Assembly (NCBI GenBank): GCA_000934665.2
Contig: JYFJ02003457.1
Span: 1 to 58,735 of the forward strand
Direction: 5' to 3'
Source of the DNA: Catajapyx aquilonaris
Lineage: Eukaryota
Length of the DNA stretch: 58,735 bases
The translations under genes and the position numbers were made by a program. Numbering within the stretch: position 1 is the first letter of the stretch; each line of letters starts with the position of its first letter. This document shows positions 35,277-48,415 of this stretch, piece by piece. A model generated the notes under the pieces. The model worked only from the letters and a program-made list of their open reading frames with translations. It was not told where the DNA came from and made no database searches.

Positions 35277-36506
35277 TATATGCAACACCTGTCATATTCG
35301 AGTTAAGAGGCATAGTGTTGTAAATACCAGGCATGGTGTTTTATATATATTTTTATTACCAGCTTGGGATGATGTGATACATGTTCTCTTCAACACCTAC
35401 ACAGTTTGATTATGCATGTCACTAAAAGTTTTCCAAGCAATGTCGTTGATTCATCTGTAAGTTCATGGTAACTGAAGATGCTCTGCAAAACTATTTATGA
35501 TTTGAGTGGGTTTGCAGCCCAAGGCTTGCAGTTGAATCTCCCTCTAGCCACTCTCTCCAGCTGGGCTTGATCCTACCTTTTGTGCTCCAAGTCAGTGCTC
35601 CATTTGTGGCCCAACAGCAATCAGGCTGTAATGGTTAGCACCACAAACTTCCACCTGTGAGGTTCTGGGTTCTTTCCCCATATTGGTCATGTGTTCTCAT
35701 GCTGAAAGAGTTTTGATGTTGTGTTTTGGTCAGTTGCCACAGTAAATGCCAAACGACCACTACAATCTTGTGACAGACAAGCCATAGCTGGACTGCTGTT
35801 CTTTTGATGATTTTAAGGGGGGTCAGTTGGAGAAAAAAAACTGAACTTTATATTAAAGTGTAATGGCCAATATTGCACTGCAAGTTCACTGCTGGGGATG
35901 ATCTGCATGTCTATGACAGTTTGATTCTTATCAAAAAGCCCCTCTTTTGGGACTTGTAATTTGAAGAGCTCCAACTAGATCAGTAGAAAAAAGGGTCATA
36001 TTTGGCATTTTGTAAAGGGCTTTTTCAGGATTGTTTCCTCCTCTGACCACCACAACTTTTAATGATAGTTGTTTGTAATAATGTCAGATGAAATCAGTGA
36101 AACTAAGTAAGTTCTGTTCAATAGGTGCGGATTTTGTGAAAATCTGCATTTAAAATTCTCAATTGTGCAATTTTTCCCACTGAAATCACTACAAGAAAAT
36201 CAAAGAATGTTACAGCATTTTAATTTCTATTTTTGAATCAATCGTAGGCAACTTTCGATTTTTTAGAGTTTTATATTGGTGTCCAAAACAGTTATGTAAT
36301 GAAATAATTTGAGTTTGCAACACTGGACACAGGTGAAAATGGGGTAATTGAATGGAAGGAAATTATTTTGGATGCATCAATATCATTAGTTCCAGTCTCG
36401 ATGAACAATTGGCACCTTATAAAATCAGTCACAATATACCCATTGCTTGAAAAATGATCTGACTCTCGATGGATCTCTAATGCCCAGCATGAATGGGAAC
36501 TATACC

Positions 36507-36855
36507 TGGGGAGGTGTGGTGGCCGAGATGGTAACGTCCCACTTGCTGAGTGGAAGGTCCGGGGTTCATCCCCACCCCGGAGTTCCCTTTCACCTGCGTC
36601 AGGAGGGTCTCTGACCTGCACCTTGGAGGTGTCTGGCAACCTAACTGCCTGGGGAACAGCACATGACCCAGTTTATGACATTGCACTGCACCTGTGTCTC
36701 CTCCCCAAAAATCCCCATCCCTACCCCATGTCCTGTCATCCTTGCATGGAGCTGAAGAAAATTAAGAAAATGGAAAATATGGTGGTGTTCCACTACCCTA
36801 ATAGAGCGATGATCTCTCAATGGGGTTAAATTAAATTAAATTTAAATTAAATAAA
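36507..36855 (+). mobile_element. tRNA-derived SINE family 3
   Basis: A box TGGCCGAGATGG, B-box-like GGTTCATCC, (TTAAA)n tail, degenerate TSD aatgggaactatacc/aatggagatatacc. Confidence 0.65.
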
Positions 36856-37383
36856 AATGGAGATATACCAGTCAAAATGCAACTTGAGGAATGCATACTC
36901 CATTCCTCTTGGGATTATATAAGTTGGTTGGAGTGTCCACTATCATGTCAGGATTTATATCATTTCACAAAAGGAGAGAGCTGTAGCAGGAGATAGTCAG
37001 ATGAAAAATATGCAGAATTTTTACTGCATTTAATTGGATGAGTGGGCCATTTTATTATTATGTATGTGGAGGCATAAGCTACTGCCCCATTTGATCTCTC
37101 ATACTTGTTGGCTTAGAATGTACTAGTACCTTGTCCTTGCATGCTTATTTGTGATTGGTTCCATGACCATGGAGCTGCTGAATTTGGGCTTGCCCACTCA
37201 GTGCTCTGTTCTTTCTTAGCTGTAGAGGCAGTTGGTTGTCCCAGACAGTAGTTTGACCATCACATTTTAAGTGAAATATCAAAGATAAAAGGTCATGTTG
37301 AATTTTGGACTTGAAGTTCAAGAGTGAGTTAACTGCCCTTTCATCCCTTCTGTATCTGAGGCCATTTTTTGTTACTTCTGTAG

Positions 37384-37490
37384 GGCGAAGAAGCGTATGG
37401 ATAAAGAAGATGTATATGGGAATCAAATAGGTGTCAGATTCCAAGCAAGCTGCAATATGGAAGACAATTTGGAGGATTGGGAGGGCCATG
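37384..37490 (+). CDS. MARF1: MARF1 exon, end of RRM1 (AKKRMDKEDVYGNQIGVRF)
   Basis: Phase 2-1; donor GTAAGT; conserved AxKRMxxEDVxGN motif; absent from ORF track. Confidence 0.9.
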
Positions 37491-37553
37491 GTAAGTTACA
37501 TTTCATCATCTTGTGTGCTTCGTGAAGCTATATAGCTTCATCTGTTTTTTCAG

Positions 37554-37624
37554 TTGCTGGTAGTGATGACAATGATTATGTGCGAAGTGTTAGGATGGGG
37601 GCATGCTGCAAAGATAGTTGGGAG
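37554..37624 (+). CDS. MARF1: Possible MARF1 linker exon
   Basis: Good acceptor and donor, open in phase 1-0, but the next confident exon starts in phase 1 (another exon missing, or this one is unused). Confidence 0.35.
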
Positions 37625-37950
37625 GTAAAATGTGCCTTTTTGTGAAGTAACATTTGACAGTGATAACATTTCAAGTAATTAGGGGTTGGTACTATTGCTG
37701 GTGCAGTAATCATTATCAAAGGATAGGGAATGTATGGCATGCCTCTTTTGACTGGAGATCAATGGGCGTCATGAAGGAGCATGACCCATCATGTTAATGC
37801 CATCCACTACCTGAACCCAATTTGGTTGTGGGAAGTACTTGTGTCAAATGCATGGCAACTCCATGCCCTCATGAGTGTCCTAATGTTGTAACTTATCACA
37901 TTTGGGTTGGTGTTAGATGATGGTATTATGATCAAGATGGTGGGTCAGTA

Positions 37951-38114
37951 CTGTGTTGGACATTAATCAAGGCATGCTGCTAGCGACATTTTCCGAAGCG
38001 GCAGAAGAAGGAATCTTGCTCGCCCTTCTTGCACTATCCTTATCTTCGATTCCTTTGCTGCTGCTGCTTCGGAAAATGTTGCTAGCAGCATGCCTCGATT
38101 AATGTCAAACACTG
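37951..38114. mobile_element. MITE family C, copy 1
   Basis: Hairpin with gctagcgacattttccgaagc arms; related copies at 42987 and 57198. Confidence 0.8.
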
Positions 38115-38380
38115 TACTGTCTCGTGAGACTGGTTGATTTATATCCGGCTTATGATTTTTGTGTGTGTGTGATTGATGCGGAGTAAAAAATGTAAGTTGA
38201 AATTGGAAAATTCATTTTGAGTTGAGCAAAAATAGTAATAACCGGGGAACAATTCATGCGATGATGGAATCTTTCTCGTGCCTTGCGTACAGGACCACTG
38301 GAGAGTGGAATGTAATAGATATCAGACATTAATATATTGTGAAATGTTGCAGTGTTGACACTGTGACGTAGGGGAGTCAC

Positions 38381-38904
38381 ACTAAAGAGATTGACCCTCT
38401 TTTTGCCACCAATACAGGGCCCTTGAAGGTTGGCAGATAGGCACACATTATCGATAGAATCCTCCTGGAGCCGAATACACTGGCATCACGGATGTGTCTA
38501 CCTCTCCAGGCCCTCCAGGAACCACTTTTTGGTGATGCAACTCGCTCGCAATCAACAATGTCCTCAAAATGGCATCGGCGAATGGATTTTTTCTTGGGTC
38601 TGAACAGCTAGAAGTTACTGGGAGCCAGGTTGGGGGATTATGACAGGCGTGGAAGCACCCAAAGCAGGATCCGTGAAAAGATCCCTTCGTCAGTTCCATT
38701 TCAAGGACATTGTTGACTGCAAGCAGTTGTCTGGGAGTGGGTGGGCCGCACCACCAAAAAATGATTCCTGGAGGGCCTAGAGAGGTTTCCACACCCGTGG
38801 TGCCAGTGCATTCACCTCCAGGAGGATTCTATCGATATGTGAGCCTATCTCCCAACCTGCAAGGGCCTTGAGTTTGTGGCAAAAAAAGTGTAAATCATTT
38901 TAGT
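38381..38904. mobile_element. Fold-back element, unclassified
   Basis: ~170-bp inverted arms (atcgatagaatcctcctggag / ctccaggaggattctatcgat); exact ends uncertain. Confidence 0.7.
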
Positions 38905-38947
38905 ACTTCACACTTATATTGGACTACTATTATTATTTTCAGTTATA

Positions 38948-39492
38948 TTAGGTCTATGCTCAAGTTCATGCAGTTGACTTTGCATGGTCAATAACTTTGG
39001 AAATTTGACACCAGAGTGTGTGTTGTTGAGAGGTGGCGTGACTCAAACATGTGCAAGGCTTCAATCTGAATTATTTTAACAATTTTGCTCAATCAGTTGC
39101 TGTTTTGCCCTCATTTTGAGATGAACCTGGATGACTTTTTTTTCAATTAGGGAAAGAATGACAAAAAGTGTGTTGCTGGAGCTGGTATGGGAGATGCTGC
39201 TGCACCCAGGACGTTCCCCAGACATTGCCCCTTTGCATTACTACATGTTCCATTCTATGCAACAGGGCTTGTCTAGCGAGCACATCGCCAGTCTCAGTGA
39301 TAAGAAATGGGTGGTGGGCTTATATGAGTCAAAGCCCTGAAAGCTGAAACATTTAAGTTTCAATTCATCTGTTGCCCCAAAGTTGGCTAAGGGTTATTGA
39401 AAATGATGGTCAGCATTTCGATATGTTCTGCACACAAGTTTACAGATTTTATATTCTTCCAAGCAACCGCACGAATTTTTGCATAGACCTAA
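38948..39492 (+). mobile_element. Internally deleted mariner element
   Basis: TA-TTAGGTCTATGC / GCATAGACCTAA-TA; remnant WEMLLHPGRSPDIAPLHYYMF (YSPDLAP-like motif). Confidence 0.85.
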
Positions 39493-40255
39493 TATCTGGA
39501 CACCTAGCATCTAATGGGGGAAAGTCAACATACTGACTTCTAAGCAAACCCTAGGTGACACAGGATTAATTCTCCAGTGTTCAGTTGTAACTTGAACTGG
39601 ACTTGGAATTGTTCTTGGCATTGTTCAAGTGTAAAATGGTCACAGGAATCCATTGGATTGTATGTGAAATTATTATGCAAATTATATTTACAGCAGCTGG
39701 GGATGACAATTTTGGCATGTTAAAGTAAAGCACTCATTACTTTTAACTGATTGCAAGTTACTGTTGGCCCATTTGAATACCCTAATTGAAGGGATATTTT
39801 ACTCTTCCGCAGAGTCAAGTTAATGTGCATTTTATCTTCATTTGTAAAACTGTGTCATTGGCCATTGCCAAAATAATAGAAGCAAATATTGAAAGTTCAA
39901 AGGGGTGCTGTGATACAGTGCTTATTGCATCAACCTCGGAGGTTCCGAGAATCTTAGTCTGAGTGTGACCTCTGTCATTGGACTCTCTTGTGGGGTTGCA
40001 TCTGGCATGATTTGACTGCATCTTAAGTACAGCCAAGGATTCAGTCAGGCTTGTAACTGGTGCAAGTTGAGAGAAATTATGTGCAACAGGAATGTCTTGT
40101 TTCACTTAATCGAGGTGCTGCTTTCATGAGGGATTTTATCCTGTGATTTATGATTAACAGTATTTGCATGAAATTCATGCTCACCAGATTCATCATGAAT
40201 TGTGTAATTGTTTTAACCAAGCATTTTTTTTAAATAAATTTATCTTGATTACCAG

Positions 40256-40321
40256 GAGGTGATATGGTCCAAGATGAGTGGAACAATGCCAGTACTGAAC
40301 ATCCTAAGGACTATTTCAGAG
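40256..40321 (+). CDS. MARF1: MARF1 linker exon (GDMVQDEWNNASTEHPKDYFR)
   Basis: 66 nt, phase 1-1, canonical sites. Confidence 0.55.
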
Positions 40322-40372
40322 GTGCGTAGTAAACTTAATGTTTGACATTTTCTAAGCTGCTGTTACTTGCAG

Positions 40373-40555
40373 ATTATCAAAGGGAGAGAAACCAGACTTC
40401 CACTACATGCAAGATGTCAACTCTTCCTGCTATCCGTTCATCAGTTCCAGTGGCTTCTACTTTTCCACAGCCTCCAATGAAGTGGAGAGCTGAATGTTTT
40501 GCCACTCCTGCTGTTCAGAATGAAGATGAAGATAAGGATTACAGCACTGATAATG
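40373..40555 (+). CDS. MARF1: MARF1 linker exon
   Basis: 183 nt, phase 1-1, ttgcag/GTATGG. Confidence 0.65.
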
Positions 40556-40807
40556 GTATGGATTTTTGCTTGATCTTCTAACAGGATACAAGGTGATCCA
40601 AAATACTTGCCTAAATGCTATGGCTATTTGTTGGCACTAAGCTGCTTATTTTCTAACAGTTGCTTTTGCATAGCAACAGGTATTTTTGATGGCTGTCAAA
40701 CATATTAGCTGCTAATATTAAGTTGTGTGTATCCATCCTTTTAAAAGCCTGCAAAGGGGTCTCACCTGCACAAAGTAGGTTGTCATTACTCTTTTATTTG
40801 CTTTCAG

Positions 40808-40942
40808 AAAAAAGTCAGTGGAAAAGTTGGGAATACCTTGGTAGAGGTTCATGTGATGCCTCTATATCATCAGTGCCCACCTGGCAGTTGAATTGGAATG
40901 GTAGTTCTGAGGACCTGGACAAGCCTATCCCAGTTACAACAG
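40808..40942 (+). CDS. MARF1: MARF1 linker exon
   Basis: 135 nt, phase 1-1, ctttcag/GTAGGC. Confidence 0.65.
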
Positions 40943-41149
40943 GTAGGCTAATAACCAAGTAGAGGACCATGATGATTAGGTGTTGAGCTACGTATATGGG
41001 ACACAAGTCGATTTTTGACAGGCTGTGTGCACTGAGACTCAGATACTGTGTGTTGGGTAGGCAATCTGAGGCAGGTGTGAGTGTGAATGCATTATACAGT
41101 GGTCCATGTCAATAGCGGGAGGTGCCAGAATGTGTACAAGGGTTGTATA

Positions 41150-41526
41150 CAGGGTGATTCTTACTAGTAGGTCAACCTGAAGTCAGCGTATTTCTTGGGC
41201 CAGAACATGTAGAAAATGTATGGGGGAGAAATGTCGAGGGACCAACAGTTGTAAGGTAGATGACCAGAAACATTGGGCAGTGGTTGCCTAACGAGCATGA
41301 TATGAGCGGTGATGATCACTTCTGTGGAAGAGGTGACCTTGCATATCCTAACAGTCACGATTATCATGCTCATGTCCTGCTCCTTAGGCAACCACTGGCC
41401 AATGTTTCTGGTCCTTTACCTTGTTAACAGTTGAACCCTTGGCATTTCTCGCGCCTACATTTTCGACTTGTTTTGGCCCAAGGGATATGCTGACTTGGGG
41501 TTGACCTACTAGTAAGAAACACCCTG
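41150..41526. mobile_element. MITE family A subfamily copy
   Basis: TA-CAGGGTGATTCTTACTAGTAGG / CCTACTAGTAAGAAACACCCTG-TA. Confidence 0.88.
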
Positions 41527-42151
41527 TATAAAATAGTGGCAACTCTGTCAGGAAAGGCAATTAACTCATATGCTGCTATTGGTAGCCCGAGGCAATAGTT
41601 TATTCATTTTACATTCTCAGGAGTCAACACAGCCTATTCTAACAAGTGCCCTTGTGTGGAGAAATCATCAAAGTCAATGTCGCTGTGTACCTGTCTAAAG
41701 TATATTCACTAGATCAGAATAATCATCTAATATCTAGGTTACATGAGGTAAAACTGCAAGTGACTGTTATCGTGGCTTTTGCTAAGTCTGTGGTGACTGT
41801 CCCTTCCATATTGGACTTGTGCAAGATGGGTCAATTTTTTCCTTTTATTTTGTGATGTGTGGGAGGTTCTTCAAGCAGTAGGCCAAGCCTTTACTGATCA
41901 ATAGAAAACACACTGCTGATGGAATCCAGTGGCTCTCACAAGTTTGGAAAGAGGTGCTGAGTGTGCCTGGAGATTAATTCGAAAAAAATTCATTGTACAG
42001 ACCCAGTTAAGTAATCTGATTTACATGTTCGCATGTTGCCACTCAATTTACAACCCTCATATTACTGCATCAGGAAACTGAGACCCATTTGGTGGTTGAA
42101 AATGTTTAAAGGTTTGCTTCCAAAAAATGACAGCAGCATCATAGCAAGTAC

Positions 42152-42593
42152 CAGGGCCGGTGAAAGACCTGGTGTGGATGTGGAGCACTCCCCACCCGAA
42201 ATCGGGGAGGAAATGGTCAAATGAAAAGAAATATCAACAGAAAAAAAGTCTCATGCTCGTTTTTTGGTCCTGAAACGTCTGAAAAATTATCTTCAAACAA
42301 CCATGTCCCAAAATCGATTGAACTACGTAACAATGTTGCATATTTATTCCGAAGAGGTCGACAAATTTGATGATTAACAGTTAATGGACGAATTCATATC
42401 GAAAAATTCGAAAGGCAGTTCTGTATTCGCACGTTCTCGAAAATAAATGAAAATAATTTTTGACAATATTGCTCTTACTAATTTATCCCGTAATAATTGT
42501 ACGTGCTTTGAATTTCGAAAATGATTTCCCCCACCTCGGCCCCTCCCCTACTTATTACTCACCACCCGGGCTGAATCTCTTTCACCGGCACTG
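42152..42593 (+). mobile_element. hAT deletion derivative
   Basis: TIR CAGGGCCGGTGAAAGA / TCTTTCACCGGCACTG; perfect 8-bp TSD GCAAGTAC; dimerisation-domain remnant LKRLKNYLQTTMSQNRLNYVTMLHI. Confidence 0.9.
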
Positions 42594-42720
42594 GCAAGTA
42601 CAATACATTTAAATACTACTACACACAATTATCACGTTGATTTAGGAATTTTTTGATTTATGACCCAGATTCTCTTCGATTTAACATTTGTCACAACCTC
42701 GAGATTTTAAATATTACAAG

Positions 42721-43210
42721 GGAGAGGTGGAGTGGCACTGCGGCAACGTATACGCCCACAGATGTATGGGTCCCGGGTTCGATCCCAAGCCCGGGCATTC
42801 TCCCCTTCATCTCGGGCAGTTGGGTTGTCTCTGGCTTTGTCTCGGGTGGGATTCCTTGAGACGAACCACCCAGGGGAAACTCACAAAATGACCGTATGAG
42901 GCATTGCACTGCACCTTGCACCTCCCCTCCCACTCATCCCCCCTCGCGTTACCTGGGCTTTACGGAAAAGGACCATCAAGCGTGTACAGAGTTGGATATT
43001 AATTGCATCATACTGCTAGCGACATTTTCCGAAGCAGCAGAACAACACATCTTGCTCGCACGGCTCGCACTATCCATTGCTTCAGAAAATGTCTCAAGCG
43101 GTACGACGCGATTAATGTCCAACACTGGACAACAAAAAATCAAAAATAAAGGTACTATGCCAAATGGGCTGTCCACTAAACCCAATTATTATTATTATTA
43201 ATAATTAATG
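42721..43210 (+). mobile_element. tRNA-derived SINE hosting a MITE C copy
   Basis: B box GGTTCGATCCC, (TTA)n tail, 10-bp TSD atattacaag. Confidence 0.7.
42987..43127. mobile_element. MITE family C, copy 2 (nested)
   Basis: cagagttggatattaat / attaatgtccaacactg. Confidence 0.75.
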
Positions 43211-43818
43211 ATATTACAAGAAATGTGAAGGTCACTTGGTCATGCCGAGGACCATTATCAGGATTGTGCAGAGGGTATAGAAAGGTGCAATAGCATCAGA
43301 ATTCATCCACGATCATGGATTGATCATTTGTATCTTATGACCCACAACCTAGATTGGCAATACTCTGTCCAGCAACCAAATTAAGCAGGGGAAGGCTTTC
43401 ACCAAAAGTTGGAGGTCTGCAGCAGTGCAAAACACTTTTGAGGGGTCAGGCCAAGTGTGACTGCAATGGCATGGTATTTAAAAATAAACTAAAATGAAAT
43501 AAAAAGTTACTTTCTGGGCAATTCTTGGTAGTAGCAGAAAGTTACTGCTGCACTTATATGCCAGATGTTGACTACTCCAATTTATGACCAAAATAACAAT
43601 TTCAACTTTGGGGTTTTCCACCTTGCTTGGGTGAAAGTATAGGATTGAGCACACTTCCCAAGCACAAGGTTTTTCCCTTTATACCTGCTTGTGTATTTTA
43701 CTGTGAATTGTTACAGGAAAAAAAAGAGCATTTTGGAGCAATCAATCACTTATCTGATACTTGTTGTCGAGTACTTATATTGCAATTGAGCATATCTTTT
43801 ATTAAATTCTCTTGACAG

Positions 43819-44030
43819 ACAAAGCCCAGCTGATGAATGGTAATGGGGAAAGTGATGCAGACCATGCCAAAGGAGTGTACCATGCACAGCCACCACTGCC
43901 TTCTGCAGCTCCTCTGATCAGCTCAGGACGAGAGAGATCATGGATATCTCGTCCTGATCGTTTGAGGCCAATCCCATCTTCTCAAGAGTGGCTGCCAAGT
44001 TCGAAGAAGAGTGAACCTGTAGAGTTGCAG
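43819..44030 (+). CDS. MARF1: MARF1 exon leading into RRM2
   Basis: Phase 1-0, ends EPVELQ|GTGAGA. Confidence 0.8.
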
Positions 44031-44092
44031 GTGAGACCTGCTTGCATTACTTACTGGCATTTTGCATGTGCTTGACTTGGCTTGCATTCCAG

Positions 44093-44346
44093 ATCTCAAA
44101 CTTGGACCCGAATATTGAGATCAAGGAACTGAAACGCTTGCTAGTGGCTGTGTTTCGTTTGCATGTCATGGTACTACACGTGTCGGTATTTGTCCAGGGT
44201 GATGGGAGCGTAGGAGCAGCCGTAAAAGTGCCATCATTCCAACATGCCCAGGTGGCCATCTCACAATTGCATCGAGCTAGGATTGGTGCGAAGAGGATGG
44301 TAATTTCATTTTCTCAGCAGCAAGGCCCAACCATGGATGTCCTAAA
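44093..44346 (+). CDS. MARF1: MARF1 RRM2 exon (ISNLD...AISQLHRARIGAKRMVISF)
   Basis: Phase 0-2, donor GTAAGT. Confidence 0.92.
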
Positions 44347-45223
44347 GTAAGTGGCTAAAGTGTACTCCACTGGCATTTTCAACTGCGTGGTTTTTTATTC
44401 AGATGGTAAATTCTGTCTTATGCCCAGCATGGGATAATGCGAATATGTTCACTACAGGGGGTGGCCAAGGGAAGAACCTGGGTCAAGAGCTAGTCAGGGC
44501 TGAACCCATGGTTGAGGTGGATCTGCATGCATACCGTAACAAAAAACATGCAGGTTTTGCCCTCCTCAAATCTTCAGTATGAAATCCATTAATTTTTTAT
44601 GTAGAGGTATCTTCTGATCTCTGCAGCCTAGTGACCCAAGATAATTGGCTATTTATCATGTAGTATAACATCCTGGAAGGTTTGTGTCTGACCACACATG
44701 GGGTGCATCTGAAAAATATATTGCTTGTCAGCACAGGAGTGACATAATGGGAGAAAAAAATACGTAGGTGCGAAACGCATCCCTGCAGCATCTGTTGAGA
44801 CTTTTAAGAATTTAAACCTCCGCATGATACGGCAAGAGGGTCCCATAAATGGCCTCAGGATCAAGCCTAGACACTAGACGATGTTACTCACTTGATTAGT
44901 CACATGTGGTCGCTCAAATGACAACACAAGGAATTTTTTTGCAGATTCTTGCAAAAACGCGAAAAAAACGCCCTTCTAATTAGGGTTAGTATTTTACAGT
45001 CCATTCAAGTTACTGTTGCGAAATCCTAAATATATGGTAATAAGCCACCAGGAGGCAGACACATGGGAATAATTTTAAATTCCTTTTTTATTAACATTTG
45101 CCATTGCAATAAATATAAGTACAGCATGAATTCCTTCCAAATGTTGTCAGTTACCATGGAATTACCCTTTACAATCTGGATAGAACCAGGTCAACAGCAT
45201 GTGCCAGTCTATATTTAGGTATA

Positions 45224-45341
45224 TAGTCTGGTGACCCGGGGTAGCTTGCCCCCTGGGGTAACTGGTTGTTTACTGCTGTTCTTTTACATATGCTGCCATG
45301 GTGATTGCCCGCGGGATAGCTTACCCGGGGTCACCAGACTA
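45224..45341. repeat. Short hairpin/MITE-like inverted repeat
   Basis: tagtctggtgaccc / gggtcaccagacta; no TSD found. Confidence 0.6.
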
Positions 45342-46466
45342 GGGGCCTTAGTCTCTGATCTACCAAGTGTGTGCAATATGATGAAGTGTTTTGGGGAAAG
45401 GGGAGTGGAGGGACTTGTGAATGTGTAAGCATGAGAGAAAGTACACAGGTTGATCAAATGAAAAGTAGAATTGTGCCATGTAAATTTTTAAAATTTCCAT
45501 TTGGGATCCCTTTGGCATGGACAGTTGTGGACTCAGTGCTCATAACTTCAGGCAGTTTGTCTGTAAGTGTAGTGTGAGCCCAAAATGTTTCAAGATAGCA
45601 GCACTCCTCCAAGCATTCACCAAAATGGGAAAAGGAGCTGTTGCTTGGATTTGTGCAGGAAAGGGACAAAATCCATGTAAATGTATTGGCTAATGCAGGC
45701 ACAATGTAGATGTTTCATGTATCTCAGTCTCTCACCTGCAAGTGGTGCAAAAAAATCTAGCTGTCGGAGCTCCTTTCCACTGGCCTGGCCACAGTGCATC
45801 TGTCAGACTACTTTCATCTTTCTGCAATATTTTACGCTACTCATAAACAATTACTGCAAGACACACAGCAGATCTGTATAGCCCCTGTGTTTGCCAATAC
45901 ATTGCAATGTGTTTTGTCTGTTCTATGCCAAAACCCGAATAACAGATCCCTTCTTCTCGCTGGTGCATGCTGGAAGAGATACCACCATCTTTGCACTGCT
46001 ACTGTATGACTGACACTCCAACTATCGGAAATCTGCTTGAACTGTATGAGTACTCAACTCTCCCTCTCAAGCAGCATCCCAAATGGGCAGTAAATAAATT
46101 CGTTTCCTTCTCTCTTTATTTGATCCACGCTCGCATAGAGGAATACATATTATGCGTTCTTGAAACGAAATTAAAAAGAAAAAATGAAAGTATTCTTGAA
46201 AGTATATGGTGAAAAGAATTTTAGGTTACCTAAAAGAGTAAGTATGGTAAAAATAGTGGGGGAAATAAAAGGGGTACAGGCTAAAGTGTGTTGTTGCCTA
46301 TCAATTAAAATTCCATCTGGGTTTCTGCATGCAACTCTTGGACTACACAACTTGATCCAGTGTAACTACAATGAGGATTTATTGATGAACCTGGAAGTAC
46401 CTATGATGTCAATGTAATTCTAAGACTGTTAGCGGATGTGTTAAATGTTTTGGTCACTTGTTTCAG

Positions 46467-46865
46467 GTCCCAAGTAGTTTCTCTTTTGAGAGAAGTGCCC
46501 CAACCACAGGTCCCTCTTTTCAAGTTTCGGGAGCTCTATGAGAAGCGATATCCTACACCACTGACAATGGCTGATTTATACAAAATGAAGAATGTCATTA
46601 CCATTAGTGACGAACATAATGGTCGCATGGTGGGGCTGTCAGATATGGATTATAACGGAGGCTCCTCAGGGACATCAAGAAGCACCTCAAGGTCATCACC
46701 TGTGTCCCCTGTTTGTTCAGTGCACAGCTCCAGCTCCAAGGAAGACAAAGCCTGGGCTGAGAAAGAGGTAGATTCATTGCCCTGGGTGTGGATTGGACTG
46801 AAGACTCTAACTGTGCGTGCCCATGCATTGCTGCAAAGCCACAATGGCTTTCTGCCACTGGCCAG
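46467..46865 (+). CDS. MARF1: MARF1 exon, LOTUS 1 and start of LOTUS 2
   Basis: Phase 2-2; VPLFKFRELYEKRY, HALLQSHNG. Confidence 0.92.
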
Positions 46866-46920
46866 GTGAGTCCAATCTAAAACTGCAACTGCCCTTTGGC
46901 TAATTTTTTTGTAATTCCAG

Positions 46921-47084
46921 TTTCCCAAGCTGCTATGAAGCAGAGTACGAGCATTTGGAGACGAGCAGTGAAGGTGTCCTGCTGGAGAATCTTCTCACAT
47001 GGATACCAGGAGTCAAGATTGGGACTTCCAGTTCGGGTTTTCGGGTCCTGAAGTGGCAGGAGAAGCAGGATGAGGCCAATGAAG
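46921..47084 (+). CDS. MARF1: MARF1 exon, end of LOTUS 2
   Basis: Phase 2-1; FPSCYEAEY..GVLLENLLTWIPGV. Confidence 0.9.
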
Positions 47085-47976
47085 GTAAGATGAGAATACA
47101 TGGTGTACTACAGCAAGAACACGGGGAAGCCCAGACTCGTCACATTATTTTCATGCCACCTTGAACACGACCCAAATGGGCCAAGATTTGAAGATTGGGT
47201 TGGAGGGTAAAAGAGGAGTGGGAGTGCAAAAAATGGAGGGGATGAAGCCAGCAAGGGCAGGTCAGAGCTGAGATGCCTTGTCATGACTTGAAAAAACCAT
47301 GCTTGACAATTATGCCTTCTAATAGCAGATTGTTTTTTTGAAACTAAGTAATTACATCCAATTGTTTTAACCTGCCAAAATGTGACCTGACCTAACCTCC
47401 CAAAAGTAATGGATATACAAGGATGTGGTTATTTCAACCCTAATTGGTTGGGGGACATTTTATACAGTAGGCTATTTGATTCAAGTTTTGTGAAGGGTCA
47501 GTGAAAAAACCTGCTGGTCTGTTATTGCCATGTAATAGTTGAAATTGCTTTCACATGCTCCATCTAGGATAGATATAAAACATCGGCAGTTTTTGTTGCA
47601 ACTGAGAAGCGATTCTCTCCCAGCAGGTCAGAATGCATTGCACCTATTCTGATAATTGTTAAAAGGAATGAGGATCCATGTATTTTGATCAAAACAAATT
47701 GCTTGTTTCAAAGATCAATGTCAAAGACAGTTTGCGTCTGCTGCTCTGTTCCAAATAGATTTAGTCTACAATCAGCAGCTCCAGAGGAAATAGGCATGGC
47801 CTCTCCTCCAGCTAGCCAATCATTGTTAACTCAGTTGATGCCACTGCTTCTAGAATGAGTTATTCATTTTGACCAGTACTCAGGTCCTAGTGTTGGGTAA
47901 ACATTCCTGCTGGGTACACAAAGAATGATGATTTTTATGATTTGAAATTACATTTTTGAACATTTGTATCTTTCAG

Positions 47977-48191
47977 ATGTGCTCAGCAATTTAACTCCAC
48001 AGTTGGCCAGCCAGGTGAACCTCTTCAGTCGTGAGCTTGTTGACTTGGTTAAATTGAGTCCTCATGCCCGAATGCCATTCAACAAATTTATACCTGCTTA
48101 CCATCATCATTTTGGGCGCCAATGCCGAGTAGCTGATTATGGATACACCAAACTGATTGATTTATTTGAAGCACTAAGCCATCTGGTCCAG
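47977..48191 (+). CDS. MARF1: MARF1 exon, LOTUS 3
   Basis: Phase 1-0; [30 protein letters not shown]. Confidence 0.93.
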
Positions 48192-48415
48192 GTCAGCACT
48201 GTTAACAATATTTTGTCTGTGCATTTTTATATTGCTGGAGAAGGATTTGTTGAATTAAGCAGGCAAGGGGTTACTTTAAGGGGGGGATAAATAGAATTTG
48301 GGAGTAAAAATCTCGCTAACTAACAACAGCATAACCGAAAAAATTTCTGTGTAAGTGTAACTGACCTCTCTCTTACACATGTTTATGGTAGTTTTCCCAT
48401 ATTCTTAATGTAGTA

